Shown piece after piece: positions 32,214-43,004 of a stretch of 64,000 nucleotides of DNA. The notes beneath the pieces are model-generated. The model saw only the letters and a program-made list of their open reading frames with translations. It made no database searches and was not told the DNA's origin. A program made the translations under genes and the position numbers. Numbering within the stretch: position 1 is the stretch's first letter; the number at the start of each line of letters is the position of its first letter. The DNA comes from a bacterium (GTDB taxonomy: Bacteria; Hinthialibacterota; Hinthialibacteria; Hinthialibacterales; Hinthialibacteraceae): contig CAXXSM010000148.1 in NCBI GenBank assembly GCA_963663405.2, forward strand, positions 1-64,000, in the 5' to 3' direction.

Positions 32214-33383
32214 TTGTTCGATCGTCTAGAGAACAATGCAATGTCAGCAATGTCCCAATTCCACATACTCCAAGTCGCCGCCAGTTTGAAAGGCGGTTCC
32301 GCGTCACATATGCTCGATCTTAGCCGGGGATTGCTCGAGCGGGGTCATCGTGTCTCCATCGCCTCACCCTGTGACATTCCCGAACTTGTCAGCGAATTCG
32401 AAACGTTGAACATTCCCTATTTTGAATTCCCGGTGAGTTCCCGAATGTTCTGGAAATCCATCATCCCCCTGCAGCGTATATTCTCCAGACCTGAATTTAC
32501 ACACATTCACGTTCATGGGATTCGCACTGCGTTCCTTGCCCGGCTCGCGTGTCTTACGCTATGGAAACGGCCCCCACTTCTCTATTCTGTCCACGCTTAC
32601 CATCCCGCTCATTATCCCAATCCCATCGTGCGGATGGCGGTGGGGATGTTTGAACAGATTTTAAGTCCTCTTACCGATGCGTTTATCTGCGTCTCTCAAA
32701 GCACGCGCGAGGAATTTCTGCAAGCGGTTTCATGGGCGCGCAAACGATGTCACGTGGTCGAGAATGGTATCGAAGTTCGTTCGTTATCCAACGAACGCAA
32801 ACAGGAATTACGCAACCAACTGCGCGCTCAATTGAATATCCCGGAAGACCGCTTCGTTATTGGATGCGCCGCAAGGCTGCATTGGCAGAAACAGATCGAT
32901 CGTCTGATTGAAGCGTTCTCCCTATTGGCGCCGGATGATGAACGGCTCGTTCTCGTCCTGATCGGCGATGGGCCGGACCGGGAACAACTCGAACGTCAAA
33001 CGCGGGAACTGGGATTGAGTGACCGTGCGCTGTTTTTAGGACGAAGAGATAACATTCGTGATTTATACACCATCATGGACCTGTTCGTCCTATCATCATT
33101 ATGGGAGGGATTACCTTTGGTGATCTTGGAAGCGTGGGACACGGGAATCCCCACCGTAGCGGCAAACGTCCCTGGTTCCAACGATCTAATCGAAGATGGT
33201 CAAACCGGCTTCCTCGCCGAAAATACCACCAAAGGAATCAAAAAAACCATCCAACGCGCCATCGCGGCCAAAGAAACTTGGCCCCAGATGATCCAAACCA
33301 CCCGCGAAAAACTCCTTCAACATTACACACGAGATCGTATGGTCGATCGAATTGTAGAAATCTATCAAACAACCAGTGTATAA
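32214..33383 (+). CDS. Glycosyltransferase family 4
   Basis: HIHVHG, ENGI, ARL..QK, GDGP, DLFVLSSLWEGLPLVILEA. Confidence 0.9.
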   Translation: MFDRLENNAMSAMSQFHILQVAASLKGGSASHMLDLSRGLLERGHRVSIASPCDIPELVSEFETLNIPYFEFPVSSRMFWKSIIPLQRIFSRPEFTHIHVHGIRTAFLARLACLTLWKRPPLLYSVHAYHPAHYPNPIVRMAVGMFEQILSPLTDAFICVSQSTREEFLQAVSWARKRCHVVENGIEVRSLSNERKQELRNQLRAQLNIPEDRFVIGCAARLHWQKQIDRLIEAFSLLAPDDERLVLVLIGDGPDREQLERQTRELGLSDRALFLGRRDNIRDLYTIMDLFVLSSLWEGLPLVILEAWDTGIPTVAANVPGSNDLIEDGQTGFLAENTTKGIKKTIQRAIAAKETWPQMIQTTREKLLQHYTRDRMVDRIVEIYQTTSV

Positions 33384-33555
33384 TTCATATGGTTCGAAAG
33401 TAGAATTTCCACACAACAAGGCGTTGATTCAAGCCTAGATGAATCTCTTCTTACCTTTGAAAATCGTTGTTAGTATCAATTATAATGAATCAATATTGAT
33501 AGCATGCCTCGCCGCGCTCCATAGGCGCTTATATTGTTTGTAAGGAGACAATCGT

Positions 33556-34293
33556 ATGTGGATTCATCGTTTTGCAGTTCTTTTCGTGTTGGTGATTATC
33601 CCGATGTGGTCTTTTGCCCAAGACGATAAGAATTGGATTGATCTATTCAATGGCAAAGACTTATCCGGATGGACGGTAAAATGTAAGTCAGAAGATAGTG
33701 ATGTACAATTTTGGAAAGCCGATAATGGAACCATCCTCGCTGATTCGCTGAATCAAAAAGGACATGATTATGTTTGGCTCATGACGGAGAAAGAGTATTC
33801 AAACTTTATATTGCGTCTGCGTTTTCAGGCTTATAAAGAAAGCCCGGGGAATAGCGGAGTTCAAATTCGAAGCCGGTATGATGAAGATGATGATGGAGGC
33901 TGGTTGAACGGACCACAAATCGACATTCATCCACCAGGGCCGTGGCGATGTGGAATGATGTGGGACGAAACTCGCGGCAATCAACGATGGATCTTTCCAA
34001 AAATCCCAAAAGGAACCTGGGTCGATCCAGATATGTCCATCCCCAAACGCGTGTTTTACTATCACGATCAAAACAGCGGTTGGAATGATCTTGAAATCAC
34101 CGCTCGTGGAATGGATATAAGCGCGCGGTTGAATGATGTTATGATTACGCAATTCAATGGGAATGGGATTCTCAACGACACAGTGCATAAAGAAAAAAAT
34201 GTAGGAGAAAAGGGCCACATCGTCCTGCAGATTCACAAAGGCGATCAACTTAAGATCCGGTTTAAAGATATTCGAATTCGTGTTTTTGATTAA
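33556..34293 (+). CDS. DUF1080 (3-keto-disaccharide hydrolase-like) secreted protein
   Basis: WIDLFNGKDLSGW, NSGVQIRS, WND.EI, GHIVLQIH, FKDIRI. Confidence 0.88.
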   Translation: MWIHRFAVLFVLVIIPMWSFAQDDKNWIDLFNGKDLSGWTVKCKSEDSDVQFWKADNGTILADSLNQKGHDYVWLMTEKEYSNFILRLRFQAYKESPGNSGVQIRSRYDEDDDGGWLNGPQIDIHPPGPWRCGMMWDETRGNQRWIFPKIPKGTWVDPDMSIPKRVFYYHDQNSGWNDLEITARGMDISARLNDVMITQFNGNGILNDTVHKEKNVGEKGHIVLQIHKGDQLKIRFKDIRIRVFD

Positions 34294-34335
34294 GTTATTC
34301 TATTTATAATAAACCAGTCAAGCAGAGATGATGCA

Positions 34336-34560
34336 ATGAACACAAGAGAATTGATTGAGAAGGCTGTTTCGCTTCCTGAGGAAGAACGCGTTTTGGTAAT
34401 TGATTCTTTGCTTCAAAGCCTTAATCAACCTGATTCAGAAATTGACAAGATGTGGCACGCCACAGCGCTGAAACGATTGGCGGAGATAAGAGAAGGATCC
34501 GTTACACCTGTTCCAGGTGAAGAGGTATTTAAACGGATCGTCGATCGGTTTGAACAATGA
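34336..34560 (+). CDS. Putative addiction-module antitoxin (TIGR02574-like)
   Basis: LPEEER..VIDSLLQSL...IDKMW...KRLAEIREG.V..VPGEEVF. Confidence 0.85.
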   Translation: MNTRELIEKAVSLPEEERVLVIDSLLQSLNQPDSEIDKMWHATALKRLAEIREGSVTPVPGEEVFKRIVDRFEQ

Positions 34561-34847
34561 ATTTTTCGTTTCACCTAGAGGCGGAAGATGAGTTCAATAA
34601 GGCGATCGATTATTACGAAGACATCGAATCTGGGCTTGGGTATGATTTCGCAATAGAGGTTTACACCACGATTCAGCGTACGATTTCTTATCCAAAAGCC
34701 TGGCCTGTTTTAGAAGGAGAAATCCGTCGTTCCTTGGTCAGGCGGTTTCTCTATGGAATATTGTATTCCGTTGAAACAGAATGAATTTTCATTGTCGCAG
34801 TCATGAATCTTCATAGGCGCCCATCGTATTGGAAGCATAGAATTTAG
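34557..34847 (+). pseudogene. RelE/ParE-family toxin with in-frame TGA at 34782-34784
   Basis: FHLEAEDEF..AIDYYE...GLG..F...RR.LV.RF.YGI.Y. Past the TGA the same frame continues IFIVAVMNLHRRPSYWKHRI*. Confidence 0.8.
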
Positions 34848-34925
34848 AAGGATAAACGAACTGCTTGTTCCTATTGAAGAAAACAAAGTGTCATATAACG
34901 TAACGAACGCTGAATCCTTTTTGTT

Positions 34926-36542
34926 TTACGCTTTATGATTCAACGCCGCTTTGATAAATCCTTTGAAGAGGGGATGGGGCGCTCGTGGGCGGGATTTGAG
35001 TTCGGGGTGGAATTGGCAGCCGACGAACCAGGGATGGTCTTTGAGTTCAACGATTTCTACTAATTGTCCGTCGGGTGATGTTCCACTGACGAGGAAACCG
35101 GCTTCTTCGAAACCCTCTTTATAATCGTTGTTGAATTCCCATCGATGACGGTGGCGTTCAGAAATTTCTTTTGTTTTATAAGCGGCATGCGCTTTTGTGT
35201 CGGGTATCAGCACACATGGATACGCGCCGAGGCGCATCGTGCCTCCCTTGTCGACGATGCGGCGTTGCTCGTCCATGAGGCTGATGACGGGATCGGGAGT
35301 GCTGGGTTCGAACTCGGTGCTGGAGGCTTCCGGCTTACCGAGGACGTTGCGCGCGAATTCAACCACGCTGCATTGCATTCCGAGGCAAATGCCAAAGAAG
35401 GGGATTTTCTTTTCACGGGCGTATTCAATCGCCATGACTTTTCCATGCGTGCCCCGTTTCCCGAATCCCCAGGGAACTAAGATTCCATCGACGCCGTGAA
35501 GAAATTCTTCGGCTCCTTTCTTTTCGAGTTCTTCCGCATGAATGCGTTTGATCTTCACTTTCGCCCGGTTGGCGACACCGCCATGCAGAAGGGCGTCATA
35601 GATGGAGCGATAGGCGTCTTGCAGGCGGATATATTTGCCGACTACGGCGATGGTGACGGGTCCCTTTTTTGGATTTTTGATCGCGCTGACCAGTTTTTTC
35701 CATTCTTTGATATCGGGTTCCCCGTTTTTAATTTTAAAATGTTCAAGGACCAACGCGTCGAGTTCTTGTTCACAATAAGCGATCGGGATTTCGTAGATCG
35801 TCGATTTTACATCCTTAGCGCTGACAACGTAACGGGGGGGCACATTGCAGAAAAGGCCGATTTTTTCCTTCATCTCTTTGCTAAGTGGTTCGGCCGTGCG
35901 GCAAAGGAGAATGTTGGGTTGAATCCCGATTTCGCGCAGTTTATTAACGCTGTGTTGGGTGGGTTTGGTCTTCAATTCCCCCGCGACGGAGATAAGAGGA
36001 ATCAGGGTTAGGTGGGCGTAGAGCACCCGTTCGGGACCGAGTTCCCAGCCAATTTGGCGGATCGCTTCGACGAAGGGGTAGCCTTCGATGTCGCCGATTG
36101 TGCCACCGACTTCGACGATCTGAAAATCGGGTTTGAATTCCTCGGCGACTTCGAAAATACGATTCTTGATCTCATCGGTGATATGGGGAATGAGCTGGAC
36201 CGTTTTCCCAAGGTAACCGCCCCGGCGTTCGCGTTTGATCACGGCGTCGTAGATTTGGCCGGTGGAGACGCTGCTTTTCCGGGTAATGGTGGCGTGAGTG
36301 AAACGTTCGTAGTAGCCGATGTCAAGATCCGTCTCGGCGCCGTCATCGGTGACGTAGACTTCCCCGTGCTGGTAGGGACTCATCGTGCCCGGATCCACAT
36401 TGATATATGGATCCACTTTCTGAAGCGCGACAGTGAATCCATGCGCTTCGAGCAAGCAGCCGATGGCGGCGCAGGCGACTCCTTTTCCCAGGGAAGAGCA
36501 GACGCCTCCCGTTACAAAAATATAATGTGTTTTTTCGCTCAC
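34926..36542 (-). CDS. pyrG: CTP synthase
   Basis: [59 protein letters not shown]. Confidence 0.97.
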   Translation of the reverse strand: MSEKTHYIFVTGGVCSSLGKGVACAAIGCLLEAHGFTVALQKVDPYINVDPGTMSPYQHGEVYVTDDGAETDLDIGYYERFTHATITRKSSVSTGQIYDAVIKRERRGGYLGKTVQLIPHITDEIKNRIFEVAEEFKPDFQIVEVGGTIGDIEGYPFVEAIRQIGWELGPERVLYAHLTLIPLISVAGELKTKPTQHSVNKLREIGIQPNILLCRTAEPLSKEMKEKIGLFCNVPPRYVVSAKDVKSTIYEIPIAYCEQELDALVLEHFKIKNGEPDIKEWKKLVSAIKNPKKGPVTIAVVGKYIRLQDAYRSIYDALLHGGVANRAKVKIKRIHAEELEKKGAEEFLHGVDGILVPWGFGKRGTHGKVMAIEYAREKKIPFFGICLGMQCSVVEFARNVLGKPEASSTEFEPSTPDPVISLMDEQRRIVDKGGTMRLGAYPCVLIPDTKAHAAYKTKEISERHRHRWEFNNDYKEGFEEAGFLVSGTSPDGQLVEIVELKDHPWFVGCQFHPELKSRPRAPHPLFKGFIKAALNHKA

Positions 36543-37073
36543 GATCCATCTCCCAATTCAAGAACCTCATGAAAATGATTTGAAATGGTTTCCCATTTCA
36601 TTGGTTTTCCATAGATATCGGGAATATATCCTATTGATATGAGAAGCCTTACGCTCAGGTCGCCCATTGGGGATTGGATCATTCCCGCTATGTGTACGAA
36701 AGCGTTCGATAAAGATATTGGTTATGTTATTAAGAAGAACCACACGAGGAGGGATAAACCAAACCCTCCAACCCTAGACAAACTCATTGCCCACATAGGA
36801 TCGTTTAATGAACCGGCGGGCGCGAAACATGATTGTGTAAAAGAAGTGACACCGTTAAATGCGGGTCATTCTAGAGTAAGTGCGATTGAGGATTCTGTCA
36901 AGCTGAGAATGAAAATTTGTTTTCTGGAAGAGATAACGATGAAAAATTTGTTGCAATTGTCGATCGATGTGAGGCGTTATCTAATATCACTGGAAACGTT
37001 ATTTATAATACAATAATAGACCTTGACCATCCAACGTTGAGGGAATGTTATGAAATGACAAAGGAGGAAAATA

Positions 37074-37946
37074 GTGAATTCTGATAACGTTCTCAAATCG
37101 ACTATTCTATCGATCTTTTTTATTGTTTCTTCCATTAACGCGTTTTCACAAACTATCAATACGCCCGAGAATTTCCCCGATCCGAATTTCCGGGCGGTGG
37201 TGGAAGAATTTATGGGAGTGGAGGAGGGAGGAGAATTTACAGCTTTTGAAGCGGCGGAGATGATAGGGGATTTCGACTGCTCCGGTCAGGATATTTTAGA
37301 TTTGACGGGGATTGAATTCTTGACGGGGATTGATGAGCTTCATTGTGCGAACAACGAATTGACTTCACTGGATCTCTCCAAGAATACCGCTTTGACGGGT
37401 CTTGACTGCAGCATGAATCAATTAACCAGCCTGGATATTTCAAACAATTCCGCGTTGGAGTGGCTCGATTGCTGGGAGAATCAATTGACCGAGCTGAATG
37501 TCTCGCAGAATACAGACCTAGCGGCTCTCTGGTGTCACGGCAATGAATTGACCATTTTGGATGTCTCAAACAATCCTGATTTGCTTTCACTCGTCTGCTA
37601 TGAGAATCAACTGACCAGCCTGGATGTTTCCAACAATCCCATACTGCTTGAACTCGCCTGCTCCAGAAATCAATTGACCCATCTAGATGTCTCGAACAAT
37701 ATCGTATTAATTCATCTCTCCTGTTTTGACAATCAATTGACCAGCCTCGCCGGGATTGTCGTCAATGAAAGCATTGGAAAAGAAGGCTGGCTGGATGTTC
37801 GTAACAACTACATCGGCTGCGAAGATCCAGAAGCCGCGATGAATGATATCCAAATCCTCATTGAGCGAATCGGAGAGAACTTTTTATATGAACCGCAGAG
37901 AGAATGTAAGTCGGGAGTGAAGGATTGGATTTTATATTTAGATTAA
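37074..37946 (+). CDS. Secreted leucine-rich repeat (internalin-like) protein
   Basis: Signal peptide, FPDPNFR cap, tandem 21-aa L.C..NQLT.LDVS.N repeats. Ends VKDWILYLD. Confidence 0.9.
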   Translation: MNSDNVLKSTILSIFFIVSSINAFSQTINTPENFPDPNFRAVVEEFMGVEEGGEFTAFEAAEMIGDFDCSGQDILDLTGIEFLTGIDELHCANNELTSLDLSKNTALTGLDCSMNQLTSLDISNNSALEWLDCWENQLTELNVSQNTDLAALWCHGNELTILDVSNNPDLLSLVCYENQLTSLDVSNNPILLELACSRNQLTHLDVSNNIVLIHLSCFDNQLTSLAGIVVNESIGKEGWLDVRNNYIGCEDPEAAMNDIQILIERIGENFLYEPQRECKSGVKDWILYLD

Positions 37947-38043
37947 GTATATTTTTGAGATTCTCATAGATTCTTGAGACCATTCTGGCGCCTTTATTTA
38001 ATACAGAATTCCTTGTTTAATAGTGATTGACGCAAGATAAGTC

Positions 38044-38402
38044 ATGCTTGGGAGGGAATTCATGGTTTTAACAAGCGTTCTCAAATCTTCTCTTCTATCG
38101 ATCTGCTTCCTTGGTATTTCCATTCCCGCGTTTTCTCAAAATATTAATACACCAGAGAATTTTCCTGATCCAAACTTTCGGATGGTGGTTGAACGATTTA
38201 TGGGTATGAGAGAATTCACGGTGGAGGAAGCCGCTGCCAAAAGTGGGACAATGGATTATTTTAGTGCAACTTCTAGGGGAATTAGTATAGAGGACATGAC
38301 TGGAATCGAATATTTCACTTCTTTGACTGAACTCATCTGTGGGTGGGATTCAGTGAAAATTATGGATCTCTCTCACAATACTGCTTTGGGATTTTTTGTA
38401 TT
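38044..38402 (+). pseudogene. 5' part of a second LRR paralog, interrupted
   Basis: INTPENFPDPNFR cap as in the upstream gene. The LRR breaks at MDLSHNTALG. Confidence 0.8.
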
Positions 38403-39816
38403 AATAAAGCCTTAGAGATTAATCTGTAATCTGTTTTAGGATGGGGAAATTGGGTCCAGATACTAATCAATTTTGATAGTACTCATACGGATTTTTGGGG
38501 AAAATCTTTGATATCAAGTTGGATCTTATTGAAATATTTTCGCCAAGTACTTCGTAAATCAAAAATTAGTATTTTAAATACTAGGAAGGAACTACAAGGA
38601 TGAATCCAATAAATATAACCCTTAACGAAATTATAAGATTTGCTCTTTCAGGAGGAGTATTTTTAGTTTCAATTTTTATGATGCGACCGGATTTTTATTT
38701 ATTTAATTCTTTTTCGAATTATGGAGATAGCATTACTTTTTCATCTTTTTATCTCTTAATGGCTATCGTAATTGGAGGCTTTATTTATACCCTATATAGA
38801 GCAACATTGTTCCCCCTATTCTATTATTTGCTTAGGCTATGGATGCGTAAGAAAAATCTTCTTCCATCTTTTGATGAGGAAATAATTTGGATTCCCAATA
38901 CTAGAAGATGGACTCTCGTTAGCGAAGATGAATTGAAACGAGATTTTGTTAGATGGGAAATTAAAAAAAGAAAAGGAGGATTGCATGAAAATCTCAAATC
39001 ATGGGCCGCTATGGTTCATTTTTTATATTGTTCAGCTATTGCGATATCTCTCGCTTCTTATTTTTGCTGGCTTGATAGAGGAGGTAGATTTGATTTTTTA
39101 GTTATAGATTGGTGGTCAGGTAAAAAAGTAGTAGTAGCGATAGGAATTGTAGGAATATGGTTGGCGGCAGTTATTAATCACTGGAGGTATTTAATTTTTG
39201 ATGGGATTATAATGAAACATGATTATGAATTAACAAGTGATGTGATAACCACAGAACTTTCTCCTAGGAAAATGAGCATGAGTAGATTAGAAAATCTAAA
39301 AATTAAAACCATAAGTGATTGTGGACTTTATGAAATTGGACAGTTAGATATGATAAAAGATAATACTGATCGTTCAATATCTGTGAATATCAACAGATTT
39401 TCAACATCTCTAGATCGCCATTCAACTAAATGTAAAGATGGGATTCCAGGAGATGTCCACATTCTTGTCCTTGATCCAAAAGCCCGAGCAGGGAACCATT
39501 ATCATAAAAGAATCCAAGAATATTTCATTAATATAGGATATAAAGATTTAGTATTACACTTAAAAGATAGAAAAACTAAAGAGATTATACAAGTGATAAT
39601 TCCTCCAATTACTAGAGAGGAAATTATTGTGATTAGGCCAAAATGTGGTGTAACTCACTTAGTAGAAAATCCTAATGATATTTTATGCCCTCTACTTATC
39701 ATTATTGACAATGATTGTCCGGATGACACCATTATCGACAAAATATTAACTAATTAAGTAAATAGAATATCGTAGAGTCAATGGAGGATACAGAAATCCT
39801 CGAGAATTGTGTATAG
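38403..39816. mobile_element. AT-rich inserted segment carrying one cargo gene; no transposase
   Basis: Separates the two halves of the LRR paralog. GTATT direct repeat at 38398-38402 and 39817-39821. Confidence 0.6.
38600..39757 (+). CDS. Membrane protein (about 4 TM) fused to a C-terminal cupin (WxcM/FdtA-like)
   Basis: AGGAAGGA RBS, hydrophobic N-terminal half, RAGNHYHKRIQEYF ... GVTHLVEN cupin motifs. Confidence 0.65.
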   Translation: MNPINITLNEIIRFALSGGVFLVSIFMMRPDFYLFNSFSNYGDSITFSSFYLLMAIVIGGFIYTLYRATLFPLFYYLLRLWMRKKNLLPSFDEEIIWIPNTRRWTLVSEDELKRDFVRWEIKKRKGGLHENLKSWAAMVHFLYCSAIAISLASYFCWLDRGGRFDFLVIDWWSGKKVVVAIGIVGIWLAAVINHWRYLIFDGIIMKHDYELTSDVITTELSPRKMSMSRLENLKIKTISDCGLYEIGQLDMIKDNTDRSISVNINRFSTSLDRHSTKCKDGIPGDVHILVLDPKARAGNHYHKRIQEYFINIGYKDLVLHLKDRKTKEIIQVIIPPITREEIIVIRPKCGVTHLVENPNDILCPLLIIIDNDCPDDTIIDKILTN

Positions 39817-40039
39817 GTATTGTTTGAATAATAACTTAACCAGTCTATCGAGTTTTGTCGCTAACGAAGGTCTTGGATTGGGAGATAATGTGGATGTTCG
39901 TATCAATTTTATTGGTTGTGTTGATACAGACAACTCGTTGAATGATATCCAAATTCTAATAGAGAGAATCGGGGATGGTTTTAAATACAAATCGCAGAAA
40001 TGTGAAAAACTACCAGTCATGAATTGGATATTATTTTGA
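39817..40039 (+). pseudogene. 3' part of the interrupted LRR paralog
   Basis: YCLNNNLTSL...DVRINFIGC...NDIQILIERIG matches the C-terminus of 37074-37946. Ends VMNWILF. Confidence 0.8.
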
Positions 40040-40061
40040 GAAAAACGTTGATTATTGGTTG

Positions 40062-42005
40062 TCACAACGCATACCGCGCACGCCGTACATACACATACCA
40101 TTCCGTGAAAAGAACGATGAGGGCGAGAATGGCGAGGAGTCGCCAGATTTCTTGGTTGCTTTGGACGGGGGCGGTGTCGCCTTCGAGGACGCCTTCGTCG
40201 CTTTCCAAGGCCATCTGGGGGGCGATGGTGGATTCTTCGGGGGAGGTTAGGTTGAAGGCGAATCGTTTGTTGATAGTGGCTCCCGCTTTGTATTCGTAAA
40301 TCCCCGCTTTTTCCGTTTGGCTGAAGTATTCCGGAGTGACGTCTGCAAAGGCGATTTCACGGCGGCCGATTGGCTCTGGACCGGTGAGAATCGCTTGTTC
40401 GGTAAGGGAAACAGGTGGCTCGAGTGTGAGAATGTCTCCTGTTTTTTTGATTAAAGAACCAGGGCCGCCCCGGTCACTGACCCAGTTCAACAGGTTGGTG
40501 AAGAAGATGGGGAAGGAGACGAGATAGGGCCAATCGGTGTCGTAGATGTCAAACGACAACACCAATCCGCGAATGTCTTTATGTTGGAACGCGGTAATGA
40601 GAGGAGTTTCCCGCGATTCGACGATCACCTCCGCCCAGCCGGGTACGCCTAAATTGCGGGCCTTATTAATCGTCAAGTTATCAAAGGTAATGTAGCGAGT
40701 CAGGGGATGAAAACGGTCCCAGTCCACGACGGCGGGCAGGGTCAATTCCTCACCCCGCGTCCAATCCGGCAGGGGGGGAATGGAATTGATGAACAGGTAA
40801 TTGCCCGGAACGAGCGTTTCCGGGGCGAATGTGTCGAAGACGACGAGATCATAGTTTTCCGGTCCCGTGTAATTGACGGGGGAGACCGTTCCGATGCTGG
40901 ACCGCACATCAAGGTTCAAGACGCGTTCGAGGAAATAATTTCCTGAAGAAACGAGCAAAACGTTGATGATTTCATCTTTAGGGATCAGCGCCCAGGCGTG
41001 GTTGTCGCTATCCAATTTATCATCACTATCGAGGATCACTTCGATTTTTTCCGGAAACGTGCCGGGATCTTTGAAGATGATGGTCTGGTTTTCACCGCTT
41101 TTTAAAGTGATCTCGCGGGCGTCCATTAATTCGCGTTTGACTTCGTTGGAGGGATTCTTTCCACCGCCGGCCGCTGTTGTTGTGACTGTGTCTGTGCCGG
41201 ATCCGATTTCGCCGTGGATGTCTCCTTCTCCCCAGAGTTCGACATAGATGTTTTTCTCTTGCTTCCCTGTGTTTTTAATGCCGGCAAGCACCTGGTAGTT
41301 TTGTGAGAGGGAAAAATCCCGCCGGACGACGAGATCGATGATACCGACATTGTCATCCGATTGGCCGATGGGGATAAACCGGACCGCGTTCGATCCAAGG
41401 GGAAAATCGGGGGGGACGATAAATTGTCCATCCGAAAAGATTATGATTTCTGGATTCGGTTGAAGTTCGGCGGCGGAGCGGGCGATATTGAGCGCGTCGG
41501 TGATCTGCGTGGGAGCGTCTGAGGTTTCAATAGCCCGAATCACACTACGGAGGACGGCTTTGTCCTGCTCGAAGGTAGAGAGGACGCGGGCTTTGGAGTC
41601 ATAGGACACTACCATCATCCGGTCGCCCATGCTCATATCATTGACGAGGTCGATGGCTTTGTCTTTCGCTTCCTCCAGCCGGTTTGTATTGACATCCGTG
41701 GCGGCCATACTGGCTGAGCGGTCGATCAAAACGATGAAACTCTGACCTTCAAGCCCTCCCAGGTTCAGGACAGGACGGGCGATAACGAAAGTCAGCAAAG
41801 CCATGATGAGCAGTTGAAGAAAGAGAAGCAGATTGCGTTTCAGTTTCTGGAAGGGGGTGTTGGCTTTCAGGTCTTCCAAACTGCGGCGCCATAACAACGT
41901 GCTGGAAATCGGCAGATTGATCCGCTTCAGTTTTAATAAATAAAGGATAACGACGGCCGGTAAAAAGAGTCCGAACAAGAGTCCAAATGGCGCCAAAAAA
42001 TTCAT
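40062..42005 (-). CDS. BatA/vWA domain membrane protein
   Basis: MNFLAP...ILYLLK...SSTLLW BatA motif, MIDAS DRSASM, FSDG, C-terminal TM. Confidence 0.9.
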   Translation of the reverse strand: MNFLAPFGLLFGLFLPAVVILYLLKLKRINLPISSTLLWRRSLEDLKANTPFQKLKRNLLLFLQLLIMALLTFVIARPVLNLGGLEGQSFIVLIDRSASMAATDVNTNRLEEAKDKAIDLVNDMSMGDRMMVVSYDSKARVLSTFEQDKAVLRSVIRAIETSDAPTQITDALNIARSAAELQPNPEIIIFSDGQFIVPPDFPLGSNAVRFIPIGQSDDNVGIIDLVVRRDFSLSQNYQVLAGIKNTGKQEKNIYVELWGEGDIHGEIGSGTDTVTTTAAGGGKNPSNEVKRELMDAREITLKSGENQTIIFKDPGTFPEKIEVILDSDDKLDSDNHAWALIPKDEIINVLLVSSGNYFLERVLNLDVRSSIGTVSPVNYTGPENYDLVVFDTFAPETLVPGNYLFINSIPPLPDWTRGEELTLPAVVDWDRFHPLTRYITFDNLTINKARNLGVPGWAEVIVESRETPLITAFQHKDIRGLVLSFDIYDTDWPYLVSFPIFFTNLLNWVSDRGGPGSLIKKTGDILTLEPPVSLTEQAILTGPEPIGRREIAFADVTPEYFSQTEKAGIYEYKAGATINKRFAFNLTSPEESTIAPQMALESDEGVLEGDTAPVQSNQEIWRLLAILALIVLFTEWYVYVRRARYAL

Positions 42006-42059
42006 GATGTGTACCTATATTTATTTCCAAAATGGGTGTCAAAAAACGACAGAAACCAT

Positions 42060-43004
42060 TTATTCGATTAAACCCAGGCGGCGGAAGGAATCGGTTAAAA
42101 GACGTTCAACGGGAGCGTCGGATGAGACAGGCAGATAGTGCACCCCGTATTGCGAGCTGAATCGTTTGACTTCCGCCTGGAACGCTTTCAACCGGCGTCC
42201 ATACACGTTTAAAAGCTCATCTGTAATACTGATTTCCACATCTTCCGACGTTTCCACATCAATAAGCCGGAGCGCGCCGAAGAGATCGGGCTGTATCTCT
42301 TGCGGTGAGAGGACTTGGAGAACGTAGAGGTCGTTTCGATTTTGTAATAGATGTTTGAACGCTTGTTCATAGCCGTCCGGATCGAATAGATCGGACAGCA
42401 GGAGAATCACGCCTCCCCGTGTCTGCTGCAGGGCGAAGCGCCGGCAACTTTCTGTAAGGGAGGTTTCGCCTTCCAAAGTTAGGTTGTCGAGGAATTCAAT
42501 AATCCGCCAGATCCGGGATTTGCTGCGCGTGGGCTGCATCCACCGGTAGTTGGATTCGTTGAATCCGATCAGGCAGACGCGGTCCAGTCCTGACAGCCCG
42601 ATATACGCCAGCGCCGCCGCAACACGTTTGGCGAACCAGGATTTATTCGGATCGCCGAAGTTCATGGAAGCGCTCGTATCGAGGAGGATATAGAGGTATA
42701 GATCTTCTTCTTCATGAAAAAGTTTCGTGAAAAGACGGTCCAGACGTCCGAAGATATTCCAGTCTAAGAAGCGCAGATCGTCTCCTTTGGCGTAATCGCG
42801 GTAATCCGCGAACTCTATAGAAATCCCCCGTTTTTTCGAGCGCCGTTCGCCCTTCATCTTTCCCAAGAAGATTTTTTTTGAGATCAGGCCTAATTGTTCG
42901 AGATGCCGGAGAAACGACGCGTCTAGAAGCGGTTGCTCTACGGTTTTTTTCTCGGTCTGTTCCCCGGTCTTTTCCTCCACTAATTCCGCTGTGGATTCCG
43001 CCAT
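42060..43004 (-). CDS. DUF58 domain protein (MoxR-associated)
   Basis: G.RRSKKRG.SIEFADYRDY..GDDLRFLDWN, LLDTSASM, LLSDLFD. Confidence 0.92.
   Translation of the reverse strand: MAESTAELVEEKTGEQTEKKTVEQPLLDASFLRHLEQLGLISKKIFLGKMKGERRSKKRGISIEFADYRDYAKGDDLRFLDWNIFGRLDRLFTKLFHEEEDLYLYILLDTSASMNFGDPNKSWFAKRVAAALAYIGLSGLDRVCLIGFNESNYRWMQPTRSKSRIWRIIEFLDNLTLEGETSLTESCRRFALQQTRGGVILLLSDLFDPDGYEQAFKHLLQNRNDLYVLQVLSPQEIQPDLFGALRLIDVETSEDVEISITDELLNVYGRRLKAFQAEVKRFSSQYGVHYLPVSSDAPVERLLTDSFRRLGLIE

Noticed and set aside
34782-34784. TGA recoding (selenocysteine or alternative genetic code)
   Set aside because: TGA ends many ordinary genes here, and this position is not a Cys site.
35469-35471. PyrG PGGFG motif reads PWGFG
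   Set aside because: A single G-to-T difference in an error-prone assembly; cannot be called biological without reads.
36639-37016. 125-aa ORF between pyrG and the LRR gene, and other short antisense ORFs in the track
   Set aside because: No RBS or motif support; most of the others are shadows of real genes on the opposite strand or in another frame.
37330-37750. Regularly spaced AATCAATTGACC-like repeats as a CRISPR array or DGR repeats
   Set aside because: The 63-nt period is the coding of 21-aa LRR units; there are no unique spacers, cas genes or reverse transcriptase.
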